Translations under genes and position numbers: made by a program
Shown here: one piece after another, positions 18,197 through 20,143 of the stretch
Layout of the letters: every line of letters starts with the position of its first letter
Position numbering within the stretch: position 1 is the first letter of the stretch
Notes under the pieces: model-generated
Database searches by the model: none
What the model saw: only the letters and a program-made list of their open reading frames with translations
What the model was told of the DNA's origin: nothing
Source of the DNA: Promethearchaeota archaeon
GTDB taxonomy: Archaea; Asgardarchaeota; Lokiarchaeia; Sigyniarchaeales; SOKP01
DNA: 20,143 nucleotides
Reading direction: 5' to 3'
NCBI GenBank assembly: GCA_048938005.1
Contig: JBHLMQ010000057.1
Coordinates: 1-20,143, forward strand

Positions 18197-18745
18197 CTAA
18201 TATATTATATTATTTTTTGGTCGTCGTTTCAATTTTGTTCCACAGATTTCACATTTTTTATTCAAATCTTCAACCTGATGAATATTTTTGCAATTAGGAC
18301 AATATATTTCCCATATTATCTTCGATTCAATCCCATCTTTATATAATGAAGAAAAAGGTATATTCAATTCAGAGCATACGTTTTCGATAGAATAATCATT
18401 AGAATAAATTTTTACAAACTCATCTCGCTTTTCCATTAATTCCAATGTTAATGCTATCAATTCCTTATCTGCATCTGATAAAGCATTAAAATCTCCTGTT
18501 TTTTTTGATATTTCTTTTATCTTATTAATAAATTTACTTTTAGGAGATTTTATCTTTAATTTTCTGGTCTCTATTGCTGCATTAATTTTATTTAAAATAT
18601 TTCTATTTCTGTCGATATATTTGCTAACTTTTATTTCCTCAACTATAGAGGGTGTTGTATAAATAACCCCTTCGATAATATTAAAATCAATTCCAGTGAG
18701 GAAAATATTAGCATCAAAAATATAAATTAAAGATTTTGCTTTCAT
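18197..18745 (-). CDS. nob1: Nob1-family PIN endoribonuclease with zinc ribbon (16S rRNA maturation)
   Basis: PIN motifs FDANIF, TTPSIVEEI, TGD...LSDAD and SNDY, plus a CPNC...CEICG ribbon. The ATG at 18745 lies just after the nadK stop. Confidence 0.88.
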   Translation of the reverse strand: MKAKSLIYIFDANIFLTGIDFNIIEGVIYTTPSIVEEIKVSKYIDRNRNILNKINAAIETRKLKIKSPKSKFINKIKEISKKTGDFNALSDADKELIALTLELMEKRDEFVKIYSNDYSIENVCSELNIPFSSLYKDGIESKIIWEIYCPNCKNIHQVEDLNKKCEICGTKLKRRPKNNIIY

Positions 18746-18749
18746 ATCA

Positions 18750-19649
18750 CTATTCTTCAGGAGAATCATCAAGAGGTACTCTTCTTAATGTACCAATTAT
18801 TTTTTTTCTTAAACGTGTATAATAACTTCTACTGAACCGAATAAATTTATTTTGAGAGTTTGCTTTACGAATTTTGATTTTAGTATTAGGTGGAAGATTT
18901 TTAATGGTTTTTTGCCCATCTATTACAATTTTACCATCTAATCGAGGTCTTAATAACTGAATCTCAATTTCAGAATCAATAGGTACTACTATTGGTTTTA
19001 ATCCTGATCCAGCAAAACTATTTAAAGGAGTTATTTGCATGATTTCCATATTAGGATTTACAATCGATCCACCTGCACTTAAATTATAAGCTGTAGATCC
19101 AGTAGAAGTTGAGATAATTACACCATCTAAATAACTGCGATTTAAGAAAACTCCATCAATTCTAATAGATACCTGTAAAACTTTTGAACTTTTAGAAGAT
19201 ACTATTAAAACTTCATTTAATGCATTGTTCAACTTTATTTCATCAGAATTTTTCACAATATACGCGGTTATTTTGGAACAAATTTCTAACTCATAGTCGC
19301 CATTCAATGTCCTTATTAAATCTTTAAAAATCATTCTATCATTAGATTCATCCAAGAATCCTATAGAACCAACATTAACACCCAAAATAGGCGGGGGATT
19401 TTTTTGAGATAAACCACTAGCAACTCTTAATATTGAACCATCTCCACCAATAATTACGATGAACTTAATGTTTTCAGTAGTCATTTCGCTTAAATCCATA
19501 CGATTATGAGGAAAAATTTTTGGTGCTACTCTTGTTTCTAAATAAACAACTTCGCCTTTTTGGACTAAGAACTCAAAAATTCTTCTCGTTAATTTAATAG
19601 CTCTTTCTGAATCCAGTCTACAAGCTAATGCTATTGGTTTTTTCTCCAT
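18750..19649 (-). CDS. nadK: NAD(+) kinase
   Basis: IGGDGSIL, GVNVGSIGFL, ALNE and DGVIISTSTGSTAYNLSAGG motifs. ATG at 19649; the track uses TTG at 19658. Confidence 0.93.
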   Translation of the reverse strand: MEKKPIALACRLDSERAIKLTRRIFEFLVQKGEVVYLETRVAPKIFPHNRMDLSEMTTENIKFIVIIGGDGSILRVASGLSQKNPPPILGVNVGSIGFLDESNDRMIFKDLIRTLNGDYELEICSKITAYIVKNSDEIKLNNALNEVLIVSSKSSKVLQVSIRIDGVFLNRSYLDGVIISTSTGSTAYNLSAGGSIVNPNMEIMQITPLNSFAGSGLKPIVVPIDSEIEIQLLRPRLDGKIVIDGQKTIKNLPPNTKIKIRKANSQNKFIRFSRSYYTRLRKKIIGTLRRVPLDDSPEE

Positions 19650-19756
19650 AAATCTCAAATTTGCCTTAAAAAATTATTATACGATTTTAATAATATCTAA
19701 AAAAATAATACATAATTGAAAAATAAAATTACTGTTTTTAGAATTTTTAAACTTAA

Positions 19757-20143
19757 TTAATTGCTGAATACTCGATTTATTAGAGTCTTCCCAGCTAATT
19801 GCCAATATTCTACTTGAGTATTTGATATTTTATCTGGATTAGCTTGAAGATCCTTTAATTTTTTCTTTAAATCTTCATCTTGCGGCCATTCTACATCCAT
19901 TGATTCATATGATTCTAAATCCATTATATTGATTGAAGCATCTTCTATGAAGTTGATCTGTGCATTACCCTTGTTAATTTCAGGAACGTCAACCATATGC
20001 CCTGAAGGGATTGTTAATGAACGTTTATTATTATCAAACATACCCACGCATACAACTCTTACTTTGGCATGACCATGTTTCCCACTTTTTGATCTTTCAG
20101 TGCTTTTAATTTGGCATGGTTCTTCATCAACCATAATGTATTG
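19757..20143 (-). CDS. eif5a: Translation factor aIF5A/eIF5A (5' end beyond the window)
   Basis: The frame is open to the window edge (QYIMVDEEPC...). It contains the hypusination loop SKSGKHGHAK and IMDLESYE. Confidence 0.95.
   Translation of the reverse strand, partial: QYIMVDEEPCQIKSTERSKSGKHGHAKVRVVCVGMFDNNKRSLTIPSGHMVDVPEINKGNAQINFIEDASINIMDLESYESMDVEWPQDEDLKKKLKDLQANPDKISNTQVEYWQLAGKTLINRVFSN

Noticed and set aside
1-20143. CRISPR arrays, tRNA/rRNA genes, IS elements, inteins
   Set aside because: I saw no spaced repeats, GC-rich structured RNA segments or transposase ORFs. Cdc48, FEN1 and HerA are of normal length.

Overview
This is a strongly AT-rich archaeal window. It is most likely Asgard/Lokiarchaeia-like, an inference from the mix of archaeal informational genes with a PfkA-family PPi-type phosphofructokinase, FGGY kinase and acyl-CoA dehydrogenase. 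Left to right it holds: partial sua5 (missing from the ORF track), a four-subunit 2-oxoacid:ferredoxin oxidoreductase operon (gamma-delta-alpha-beta), ZPR1, PPi-type Pfk, acyl-CoA dehydrogenase and an MFS transporter. Next come a divergent pair of uncharacterised genes (a 383-aa protein with AbiEii/DUF1814-like nucleotidyltransferase motifs and a 224-aa Zn-ribbon protein), a glycerol-kinase-like FGGY kinase, an internally duplicated 4-TM protein and an orphan HerA-type ATPase. The window ends in a minus-strand housekeeping cluster: eIF5A, NAD kinase, Nob1, FEN1, Cdc48 and an unannotated 90-aa winged-helix-like gene. The most interesting observations are (i) the cryptic nucleotidyltransferase and Zn-ribbon divergent pair, and (ii) two genes that appear to start at non-canonical ATA/ATC codons placed exactly 6 nt after a GGTGA Shine-Dalgarno motif. 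I saw no rRNA, tRNA, CRISPR array or mobile element.
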